Assembly (NCBI GenBank): GCA_964247055.1
Contig: OZ176051.1
Span: 7,564,001 to 7,628,000 of the forward strand
DNA from: Paragordius varius
Lineage: Eukaryota > Animalia > Nematomorpha
Length of the DNA stretch: 64,000 nucleotides
Reading direction: 5' to 3'
In this document: piece after piece, positions 26,771-39,000 of the stretch
How positions within the stretch are numbered: position 1 is the stretch's first letter
How the letters are laid out: each line of letters opens with the position of its first letter
Program-made: the position numbers and the translations under genes
Notes under the pieces: model-generated
What the model saw: only the letters and a program-made list of their open reading frames with translations
Told to the model about the DNA's origin: nothing
Databases searched by the model: none

Positions 26771-27930
26771 ATGTATGGAATTTGTTGTTGAACCTTATAA
26801 TTTTTATAAAGCCTTTTTCTTATATCAAAGACCAAGAATATATTAGAATAAATATTATTATTATTATTATTCATAAATCACACACTCAACTATTCGCATA
26901 ACAGTATGCAAATATTATCGTAGGGATTTTAGTTTTTTATGTTTTGATATTAATCAGACAAACATTGTTTGCTTTGCTTATTATAATTGGGAAAAAGGAT
27001 ATCTTTTTTTGCAAAAAAGTACAGATTTGGGCTTTTAACTGCCTTCATTTAACATTTATTAATTGTAGACTACTATAAACGTACTTATGCGTATGTTAAA
27101 TGTTAGTTGATATAAAAAATTACAACTATATTTTTAAACAATGTATAAATTATGATAAATGAGTTTTTAATATACTAATTAATTTTTACATTATATTTTC
27201 ATTATCAAATCCAAAATCTCGTATTGCACAATTTCAATTTAAAGCTAAAAAATTAGCCCCACTGGAAATATGAAATTAATAAAACAATTTGATATATTCA
27301 TTTTTAGTTTTTACAAAGATTTAAAGCGGGTATAATACCGATTTTTATTCCAATTTAAAAGCCATATAACCAAATCGGATTTTAAAAATACTGAAATGGT
27401 ACACCGGTAATTCCCTTTAAAATTTTCCCATTCGGTTTTGATTACTATGATTCTAGATAAAAGCCGTAATTATCAAATCTTTTGCCAGTTTTAGATGAAA
27501 ACGCTTTAAAACATAATAAAGCATTTGTGTTTTTGGGATCTTTAATTTTTTTCAACAGTTTAAAATTCGAATATTATGAGTAACATGGAATCATTATGTG
27601 TCAAATTTAGCCATAATTAAAATTTATTATAGCTCTAAAATAAAAAGTGAAACTTTTTTCAAAAACGAAACTTGTTTCAATAGGCATTGGCCATTTATAG
27701 ATAACATTATTCATTTGGATTAAAGCATAATAAGGAAATCTCGAATGTTTTTACAATTCGGTCTGGGATAATCATTTGGAGGACTATACAATTCTAAAAA
27801 AATCTTCCAGAATACAGTAATGTAAAACTTTCCCTCTTAACATAGTTTACATCCTTTAAAAAAGTATTAATATCATTTATTATAATAATATTATATGATC
27901 AGTAATAATATTTAAATGCCATCTCCGAAA

Positions 27931-30900
27931 TTAATATTGTCCCTTCCCCTTTTTCTTTTTGCCACCTATATCAGATTGAGCAGATGAACAGTAATCCTTG
28001 GCACCAGGTTTGGCTTGATACCAGACTTCATTGTGACGATTAAGGAATGTGTAATCTCTAAAGCGCATAAAAAATATGTTCATTAACACTTAGATTCAAA
28101 TAAGGGTATCTAATACCCCAGACTATATTTAATTTGAAATTTTTAAAAACTACTGAAAGAAACGGTCCCAATTTAAATTTATGCTTCGATCATAATAAAA
28201 TTATATAAATAAGCTGAAATATCTAAATAAAATTTGGTTTTGAAAAAAAAGTTTCATATCAAACTACTTCGGCGCCATTTTTATTTCAAAACATTTTTGC
28301 AAATATCATGTTTATTTGATTTTGCTAAAATAAAAGCTATTTTTCATTCAAATCACATCTAACATTGATAGAAACAGAAAAAGTGGTTTGTTTTTTATAA
28401 TTTTTAAATTTAGCTAATGCACCATGTCATCTTGACTAAATTTTTACCTTGATGAATAAATTTTTTTAAATATTTCGGTTCATTAATGTTATATATGTGC
28501 AAATTTTTGCCATGGTTTCAATTCATTCCATAATTTTTGAATTACTTAATTTTAAACAAGACTGGGGTATCCAACCAATTAAAATCGAAGGACAATGAAT
28601 GTGTTGTACCCAAGTGTTAATAATAATAAAAAAACTAATTGGGCTATTAGCTCTATAAGTAGGGCGTAACTTTTGATATAAAATTGTAAGTCTTTTATGT
28701 TTGCCCCTATTAAATGAAAAAATGTAACTGACAAAATATCATCTTTAATAATGTCATCATAAATTAGAGCTGTGATTTCCAAATATCTTTTATATTATCA
28801 AATTAAAGTATTTAAAGGTTTCTAGTCATGCACAGATTCCTAAATTTTCACTTTCTGATAGCTGGGTTTAACAACAACGAAATATGTTTTGTTTTTCTGT
28901 TTTAATGTTTCAAATAATTACTCGTCGTAAAGAGCAATCAAAGGTGGACTTTCAATGACTTGGTTACTAAGTTGAAGAATTTTAGAAAATATACGAGCTT
29001 TGCCCAAAAAGGTAGATGGTAAAGCATATCCTCCAAACATACTCACATAATACATTGGGGATTCCAAAACACAAATTTTCAACTAATCAAATATATAATT
29101 ATGTATTCAAATTTGATTCCAGTTTATAAGAGTATATACCAATGTAAGGTGTAAGTTTTAAATATTGGATACTATTTTATAAATTTTATGTAAATGTTAA
29201 AATACAGTAGCCAACTTATTGGATCACATATTGTTAGGCATTTAATAATACAGTAGCTTATGGTATAAAAAATAAATTCTATCCATAATTAATTCGACAA
29301 ATATAATGTAATTAAAGAGGATAAATTGTTTAATTTCTACCACAAAATCAACCCCTAACCAGATTAATAATTTATTATATTTCATTCAGTGTATATGAGA
29401 TTTACGGTACAATAAAATGTCAACAATAAAATTTACTCGGCTATCGCTAGGCATAGGTGGATTAGAAGCAAATGGTTGGGGTAAAGCTATTTGCAACGAA
29501 GGCGCCTCCCCAGAATCTGAAAATAGGCTGTAGAAAAGAGCTGACTCATCGGTAAAAGAGACTTTAGGTACAAAAGTTACTTTAGGCACGGTTTCAGGAA
29601 TTATGGCATCTATTATTATATTTTTGTAGTAAACATTTAAACAAAATTTCTGGTTCATTAAAGTTATCAAATAAATGAGGATAAATATTTTACTTTGATC
29701 ATTGGCCCCATTTAAATATTGTAAGATTATTCTGTATGCCCGGCTAAGTACTTCAAAACTATAGTCAATTGAACTCAGTTGAACGCGGATTAAGGTTATA
29801 TTAGGATATTTTCGCACCTCGTACAAATCATTTCGACACACAATGTCAAAAGATGTACATGGCTTTGAACCGCAGAAATCGGGTTTCCCGCTTAAAATTA
29901 TATATACATATTTAAATTTAAGTTATCATTCAAAATTTAATTTTACAAATTTGAGGAAAAATTATCGGGTTGCTTAAATTTTCTATAATATTATAATTCT
30001 TCAACTAAATATCTCACAAATAAAATAGATTTCGTAAATTTAAACTGGTATACCTTTACTATGGTTAATAAAGATACTACATTTAAATGTAACATACTTT
30101 TTATTGGTATCATAAGTGTATATATCGTTGTAAAATTCTCCTATAAATTTAAATGCAGCACTGACGAACGGAATCCGTGTGGCCTCAAAGTTAGCATAAA
30201 ACTCGCTCAGTTTAAAGATTTCCTCCAAATCAAGGGGAGCAGCTTCTGTAGAACTTTCATCTGCAAGTGAATGATAAACTATATCATGGCCCTTTTTCCC
30301 ATGTTTCGAGCCCCATTTTTTATTTTTGCTCTTTGATTTGTGTGAATGCGAATCCTCTCCCATATCTGAGGAAGAGAATGATTTCCATTTTTGATCTCCA
30401 CCCTTCTTTTTCCAGGTCTTGGCAATTTTTTTCCATTTCCCGGCATCGTTGGCCGCATCTGGGTAACTAAGGCCATTTACGCTTTCTTCATCGTCACTCT
30501 CCTCTTCGTAATCAGATGCATCTTCATATTGCCCTGTATAATTTTTGGTATAAATTTATCATAGATAAAGACAAACCGCGGCCAACGACCCTAAATACTG
30601 CTTCTTATGGCCCGGAATCTTAAAAATATGATGTCTTATTTAGAGTATAATAATAAATTTTTATGATGTGAGCTCCAAAAGTCTAAAATTTAAATAAACG
30701 CATACAAAACTTAACATTTTTAATAGAGAAAATTGACATTAAAAAATTATTTTTTAAAAGATAATTTAAGTCTATTTTATGGGTTTTTGAATCATGGCAA
30801 ACAGAAAAAATTTTACATAGCATAGGGTAACTGATATTGTGATTTTTTATATGGAATTAACATGTTCATAATGCATTATTCAGGTTTTATGTAGCAAAGA

Positions 30901-31981
30901 TAGTTTTAGACCTAATAAATTTATGGGATATTATTGAGAAGGGCATCATAAATGAGTCTTTTTTTTACTAATTGTTTCTTTACTCACCAAAAAAATAAAG
31001 GCCAAATTAAATATTTTACTTGTTTCAAGGTCCAATATTAATATAATGCCGACCAGCTTTGCATAAGCTGTTTGTACATATTATTTTGAACCAAAACGAT
31101 TTATTTAAAATGATGTGCGCAAATTTTGCTTTTTTCGATGTGGATCAATTTCCACAGAAGTATAATAACTTTCTTAAACTACTCGAACACAAAAAGCATC
31201 GAAAGAATCTTGATGAAATTTAGAATATTTCCCCCGATTTCGTGCACTACTTTATTTTTTTCGTGTGGAAATATTCAAAAATTATAAATTTTGATTAGTT
31301 ATCTTAAAAATAATTGTCAGCCCACATAAAACCACTAAGAACCGCATGTGACCGCGTGTTTGGAATTTAGATATCAAATATAGCTTCGGAAAACATACTT
31401 CAAAATAAATGAGTATACTAACCATGTCGATGGGTGTCGAATCTTTTTATTTTACTAGTAATTTCATCAAGTTCGTTTGATTTATTAGTATAGATATAAT
31501 TTTCTTCAGGGTTTTGTGAAATTACATCCTTAATCAAAATGAATGCAAGTGCCGAAAATATGACAACTATTGAAAATTTAAATAACATTTTTGTCTCAAA
31601 AATTATGAAAAAAATTAATGTTATATGAAATTATAATTTTGATACCTTATATTTATAGGTGTTTGAATTAAATATGCCAAATAAAAAATTTTTGTTTTAT
31701 TACATAATAAGTATTTTGTAAAACAGAATGGATAAGGGTCAAGGAATATGCTATAGGGTAATTGACTTATGAGGATACGCATAACCTATATAAAGCCAAA
31801 GCCATACCATATTAAAATTATGGTACAAACCATAACATATAATTAAGTATGATAAATGGGATGATAAATGTTTAAAAAAACGAAGTTTGTTCTCAACCTT
31901 GAAACAAATGTTCTTTTGAGCGTTTTTGTTTAAATAAACACACACTTTACGTTTTGAAATGCCAAACATGGATGTTGACAT
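27931..31981 (-). CDS. SOUL / heme-binding protein 2 (HEBP2)-like protein with a long charged N-terminal extension
   Basis: Exons 30533-30098, 29890-29694, 29609-29437, 29082-28922 and 28057-27931 join in phase: FCGSKPCTSFDIVCRNDLYEVRKY, QYLNGANDQ, LPQPFASNPPMPSD, YYVSMFGGY, LYDEDYTFLNRHNEVW. The 5' exons (~30640-30570, ~31981-31765) are tentative. Confidence 0.8.
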
Positions 31982-32679
31982 GTGGTCACTTTAAAAGTCG
32001 TAAATTATGACATTTAACACGATAATTTACAAAAAACCGGTATCAAATCAAATTATGCATGAAAATTTAAAAAGAATTTCATTTAATGTAATATTTGCAA
32101 AAAAACTGCTCATTTATTTATTTATACATGTAATGACTTAATTGAATTCATTATGTATGCATGATAAAAAAATAAAATTAATGGTTTTAAGGATAACGCG
32201 TGTCACAAAACTTTCATATATTCAATAACAATCTGTCGAATTTTCGGTTCCACTTTACCAAGTATATTTTCAATCTAAAAATATATTAAGGATAAATTAG
32301 TGTATAATAAATAGTTATATAATTGATATGAAAAACCATTAAGTTATTTAATTTAAACTATATTTCACATGGTTGCCTTCACTTATGACTAGGTCAAAAA
32401 AAAGTAAAAATAATTTAAAGATATAATATAGTTAAAGAGCCAATGTGACTAATAAATGGGCCCTTTCATTGTTAAATAGTGAAAAGTTTAATTGTATGCA
32501 TAAGCAGGACATTATTTAATTGATTTCCTACTTCAATACACATACATATTTAAGAATTGAGTATATTATGACTAAAATTCAGACCTTCTTAAATACAACC
32601 AATTTTATTCTCTATACCCTCTAATATAAAAATAAAAAACCCTTAAACTTAAAATTTGGCTCTTTACTGTTAATATATA

Positions 32680-33007
32680 CCATTTACGATTCAAATTCAC
32701 CCTTAAACAATTCAAATTCACCCTTGAACAATTCAAATTCACCCTCGAACAATTCAAATTCACCCTCAAATAAAAAATATATTTTTTAAAATTAAAAGTT
32801 ACCTATATTTTTATTTATTTTTTAAAAATATGAATTTTGTTTTAAATTAAAATAATACTAAAAAAATAATAAACTATGCCATAAAGATATATTTTTTATT
32901 AATAATGAGTTATATTAGGCCGAAAACACATAATTTATTTTTAGGGTGAATTTGGATTGTTCAAAGGGAATTTGAATTGTTCAAGGGTGAATTTGAACTG
33001 TAAATGG
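32680..33007. mobile_element. MITE family A, copy 4
   Basis: TATATA-CCATTTACGATTCAAATTCACCC...GGGTGAATTTGAACTGTAAATGG-TA. The 21-bp period was measured at 32691, 32712, 32733 and 32754. Lies 11 bp beyond the last identified CSE1L codon. Confidence 0.92.
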
Positions 33008-33018
33008 TATTAATGACA

Positions 33019-36000
33019 TCATACCAATCCAGGATTCGTCGTATTCAATTCTCTAAGTTTGGTCACTAAGGCACGTTTAGTTTCTTCCTTGTATTGTTGC
33101 ATATTTTTTTGTGCAGTTTCTTTCGCCATCTGTATCTGAGCCAATGTATTTGGTGTTTGAGGTGTCATGGGGGTCGAGGGAGTCGAATCATTGGCTAATA
33201 GGTCAGGTGTGAGGGGTGGTATAAGGAATAACCTATTATTGCTGCTAGTATTATCAAAATCGTCAACATTTGGACTTTCGCGCAAAGCCACGAGTTTACT
33301 AAATGCGGCCCGGTACTCTTCCTCCAGGGGTGGATCCAAAAGGTTTGATAAATCTTCTGCCGTGGTATTGCTATTATTAGTATTGCTATCCGCATCTAAA
33401 GTATGTTGGCCTGTAGTAGGATACAGATAGAAAGAGTATATAGGTTTTTTCGAATAAATTTTATATGAGCCAACATTTTAAGAGGGGAAAAAACTAGAAC
33501 CGAAACCGTTTTTTGGAAGCATCATATGTTTTTAAACAGAAATACGTATTTTCGATAAAATATTTTTTATGGTTTTGTAATGGTGTTTTTTTATTTTATG
33601 TTCATAACAAAAGCATACTAAATATTTCCGAAAATTTAATGCAATATTTGTGGATACTCATAAAGATGGTATCAAATTAAATAGGTTAATTTCAAAAAGT
33701 CATAACTTTGGAACAAAATCAGATCAGAAAGTGAGTTAACGTTCGATAAAAACGGTTTATATTCGTCTGTTAAAGTAACCATATTACCAAAGAAAAAACA
33801 AGCGATATAAATCAATTGCCCTTAATCGGCAAATTAAAAAAATAATTAAACAGAGCCTATTATAGTATGTTATAAAAAAATTTAAGCAAAATGCTAGGAT
33901 ATACATTACTAATCAATAAACATCATATAAATTCTATATAAATTTACTGGATAAAGAATGTCCATTCAAATGCCTCTTGGTATCTTTTTTCGGTTGTCCA
34001 AAAATATTAGTGAAAGAATCAGGAGAAATGCTATCAAAATTTATAAAGGTCGTATCTTCGAGTAATTTGACTAAAATCTCTAATAAGGAACACCTATGAG
34101 TAAAAGAATAATTTTTAATTTATTATAAACCATTTTACATGCGCAATAAAATTTTAAAGACAAAGAGAAATTTTTTTAACATTATATTATTTCCATATCG
34201 TTTTGAGTTGCAAAATTATTAAAAAAATCGTAATCCTTATAAATTGTATGATTAGAGTTATAATTTTTATATTTTGTCTTTATTCTTAACTTAAATGTTT
34301 TGATAAAATAATTATATTTATCGATTAAACTTTCAAAATATTTACCATAATTCTGGATTTTGTTGAATAGTGAATTCCGGACAAAGTGTTAAAAGTCTAA
34401 TAAGTGCTGTAGCGCATAATCGTTTCTCAGCCGGTTTGACGATATTATTGAGTAAGTTAGGGACAAACACTCGTTCAAGCGTCATATTAAACATCCTATA
34501 CACAATGGTTTTAATTAAAATATTAAATTAAAATATTAAATCATATATATCAAAACAATAAAATGTTATTTTATAGATACTAATAAACTTTGGGGTGTAA
34601 GATATCTAATCTGGATACTTTTATAATGAAAATTTTTCAAGTTAGACATTTTACTGAAATTATAAATTTTCAAACACATAAACACTTGTCATATATTAGA
34701 TTAAAAATCAAATAGCATATTTTTTAATTAGATACCAAATAAATTATTCAAAAAGAATATATTTGATCAATACGCCGCCTTAGCAATTTATAAAACTTAA
34801 AAAAACATCTACCCAGTTTGAATCCCTTCTATGAGTGCATAAAGTGGTGAGGGTCCAAAACGATCCACATAAAAACTGAAGAATATGATTAAATCTAAAG
34901 ATAAATATATAATTTTATACTTTTCATATATTTCTGAGTTTTTGCCAGCTGTAACCTTTGAAACAGTAAAACGAAAATTTGTTTGACATATGGTTCCAAA
35001 TTTGTCCTAAATACAAAAGTTAGTAAATTAATATATCGCTATTAATGCAGGGTAGGATTATATTATGTGTAAACTTACGGAGATATATATTGAAACAAAT
35101 ATCTAAGTAATCGGAGTGCTTCATGATCATTGGCTTTGCTAAAAACCAATTTTTGGAAAATGACCAAAATAGCAGTCTGCAAATATACACAAACAATTAT
35201 GATAAAATATCATTTGTAAACATAACATTATAAAATATAAAAATGAGTTGATTAGAACGGGTGTAATGTGGTGATTTTAGATAATTAATAAGTTTTTTTA
35301 AACATTTGTCTCGTTTTCCCGTTTTTTTCTTATCTGAATAATACCCAACTTCAAAACTAAATAAATTACGATTTTTCTGTTTTGCACATTAACGAAAAAG
35401 AATCTTACAATTTTAGCTGTATCTGTGCCAATATCATTCGAGTATTTGGACAGAAAGGACATAAGGAGTCTAACAAGGGCAGGTATATTTCCTGGTTTAT
35501 CCCACAGAGTTGGTACAACAACGCTAGGGAAAATATCTTTCAAATACATGCTTTTGGTTACATTGTCCTCTAAAACACTATTTGTTGTGCTATCTATAAG
35601 AGCGGCTACTTCTTGGAATACGTATGGAACAAATTCTGAAACAAACATGTAAAATATTAAAATTTAAAGATTTGGTTAAATATATTTTTTAAGATTTAAT
35701 TAGAAATAATTTTTAAATTTCTAAAAACATATTATTACATTAATATATCCTATTTTTAAGTGACATCTTTTTTGTGCATGGGGTACACTTTTTAAATCAA
35801 AAACAATTGTTACAACTTCAAATTTACATATTCATTTTTCAATAAAATAAAATTGGATATGGGTAACAACCTTGTATATCATTTTTCAAAATTTCCTGAA
35901 ATACGGTAAACATTGGTTGCATATAAGTTGCAATGATATCTGGAGTTGAATTATTGATTAAAATGCAAAGCGTTTCAAACAAATAATGATTGAAATAGGG

Positions 36001-39000
36001 CTTGGTTGGATTCTAAGATATAAGGTAGAGCGAGATTATTAAAATTGCATTATCTGTATATTAAACAAATAAATATTCGCCTATTTTTTAATATCGATTA
36101 AACAAAACACTTAAATTAAAATCTCCAACACATGGTTATATAATAGATAAATCAAATATTTTAATTCAAATAACAGCTATATTCTGTAATTAACAAAAGT
36201 TTTTTTGGATAATATTTAAAATATGGTACAATGAATTATCTATCTATATATATATATATGTAGTCCTAACCATTTTGCAAACAGAATATTCAGGCAAGTT
36301 AAATAAACGATTCAAAAATAAAACTTTAGTAAATGTTTAAAATATTCGATAATTCCTTTATGAATCTTACTTTACTTATTTTGACAAGAATTTGTGTGAG
36401 TTTGAGGGCAAGTGGCGTAATTACCGGGGTTATATAAATTCTGAATGTCGTAACAATCCGCATCAATGCTATATAATATAGAATAATAGATTTTTTATAT
36501 CTTATCTTAATAATAAATAATTTTTATGAATTTTTTAGTTCAAATATTGATAAAAACCTTTCATGACAAATTCATTTTGATCGGAACCGGGAACGGTCAA
36601 AGCTATAAACAAATTTTCAACCATGGCTGGTAATACATCTTTTACTTGATCAGCTGGTAGTCTGTTATTAAATATGAAATGTATAACTTTATTATATGTA
36701 ACATTTTTAAAAAATTTAATTTAATTTTATAAATTATTCAAAGATTAATAAATACAAAATTTCTTTCTGAAACATATCTATCTAGCTTAGGAATTTTATT
36801 AACTATATAAATTTGAATTTTGTAAAATATAAGATAAACAGTTGTCCTAGTGGCCATAAAATTTGGACCCTACCTTCAAAGACACCCTCTTAATTCCTAA
36901 TTAATTTTTAACATAACCTAATATTTTATATAAGTATATATAAAAAATATACTGTTTTAATCCCTCTGACCAAAAAATAAAACTGCTGAAACCATTTTTA
37001 AAATTTTTTATAATACACACATATAAATAATATCTTTTACTTTATCAATTTTTTAACAAAATTAAATTTACTACATATTTAAAACAACCTACAATTTTAT
37101 TATTAAACAAGCAGAGTAAAATACGAATTTTCAGCAAAAGCTAATAATTATTTGTTGAAAAGCCATACAGTGTTTTAGTCCCGGTGACCATAAAAATTTT
37201 GTCCAAAAAGATTGCGGAATACGAATGTATAACTATGCATGGATAAGCAACGTATGTCGAAACTATGGCCCGCGTACAATTTGCCAGTAGCTCAGTATTC
37301 GTGGCCAACAGGTGTCGATACAAAATGCAAAATTTTAAAGCATCAGCTTTAATCATACGGACGGACAGATTATTGATTTGATTAGCGGATGAAGCTAATG
37401 AAAATTAAATTTTAAGATTTAAAATGCAATTAAACATTGTCCATAATTGGAAGAAAAACTTGATAATGTTGTAAGATAGAAAACAATTGTTTATCAAGAT
37501 ATATTGTAGTGCCATTTGACCAAAAATAATGTGAATTGGACAACAAATTGAAACTATTCGGAGACAAAGCGTAAAAACATAAAGAAAAACATTTTTTTCT
37601 AAAACACATTCATACATTATAAATTTTGATTTTATTTAAATAAAACTCATTGTTTGAAATCTGGAATAGAGATATAGTAAAACCATCAATTATACATTAA
37701 ACAAATATAATCAAATAGTTTATATGGGAAAAATTAAATTTTTAAAAAGTTTAATTGCTTATGGAAAAAATATTTGTCTTATTACATTTTTATTTTGTCC
37801 AAAATTTCAATTTTTACTGTATATGAAATAAGTTTACGAAATTGTTTGGGGTAAAAGTATTAGTATAGCCCATTTTGGTACTTAATATATGATGGGTTTG
37901 ATTGAAAAAAAACTCAGTATTTATTAGACACAAATTTTATGCAAATAAATAGTGTTTTTGGTGAAAAATAAGGTTATAATTCTTTGGTTATTTAATAATA
38001 CAATATTATTTAAAACTAATTTAGCAGTCAAAATATGATTTTTTATAAAATGATCATATTTATTTGAAAATTATTGTTACGCATATAATTAAAATTTCAT
38101 TATGTAATGTACATATGTACGAATTAAAATTTATAATCGAATTGATTACTAAGAAACTATGTAAAGACATTAATAAAATAAAAATTGCTATAAAAATATA
38201 TTTTTACTATTGACTAATTCTGATAGCACATGCGTTTGCAAAAATTGGAAAAGTTTCATTAGTTGAGTTTGATCCGCATCAGAGCTAATAATTTTTGCAA
38301 CTTGCATGGGTGGGAATATGCACGTGTACAGGTAAAACGCTAAATCCTATTGCGAAATAAGAAATTTGTTTAAGAATTCAAACACCTTTTTTTATATAAA
38401 ATATATGAGATCGCAGAAAATTTTTAAAAAAAAGATTAAAATTGACAATAATTACTTACTATGTATAGTAGACAATATTTAAATGCGAACAAAACAAACT
38501 TTTTTATTATAAAAAAAAAATATAAAATTACAATTAATAAAAATTTTTTACAAACTTTGTAGATCCAAAATTAAATAAAATAATAAAAATCATATTTATC
38601 AGAAAAAAGTCATTTAATACAATTTTTATTTGACAAAGAGTGAACTATATCACTCGAAAATTAATAATTAATTTTTATAAAATATATCGGATTTAAAGGT
38701 TACTATTTTATTATTAGAAATAATAAATTTTTCTCTTATTTATTCTATTAATCATCTCACTTCGCACTAAAAAAAGACTTTTTTTAAAATTTCATATAAT
38801 TCTAACCATTTCAACAACTTACTTTACATTTCCAATTCGCACCAGCGTTTTCATTAAATTGGGCAATGAGTGAATCGGAAAAAGTTATAAAACTTTGTGA
38901 TAACGCATCAGATCCTAAGACTTCTGCTGTCGTTTTTAGGGTAGGAACATTAAATTTACCATTACTATTATTATTATCTAAATTTTGTGAAGCACAGCCG

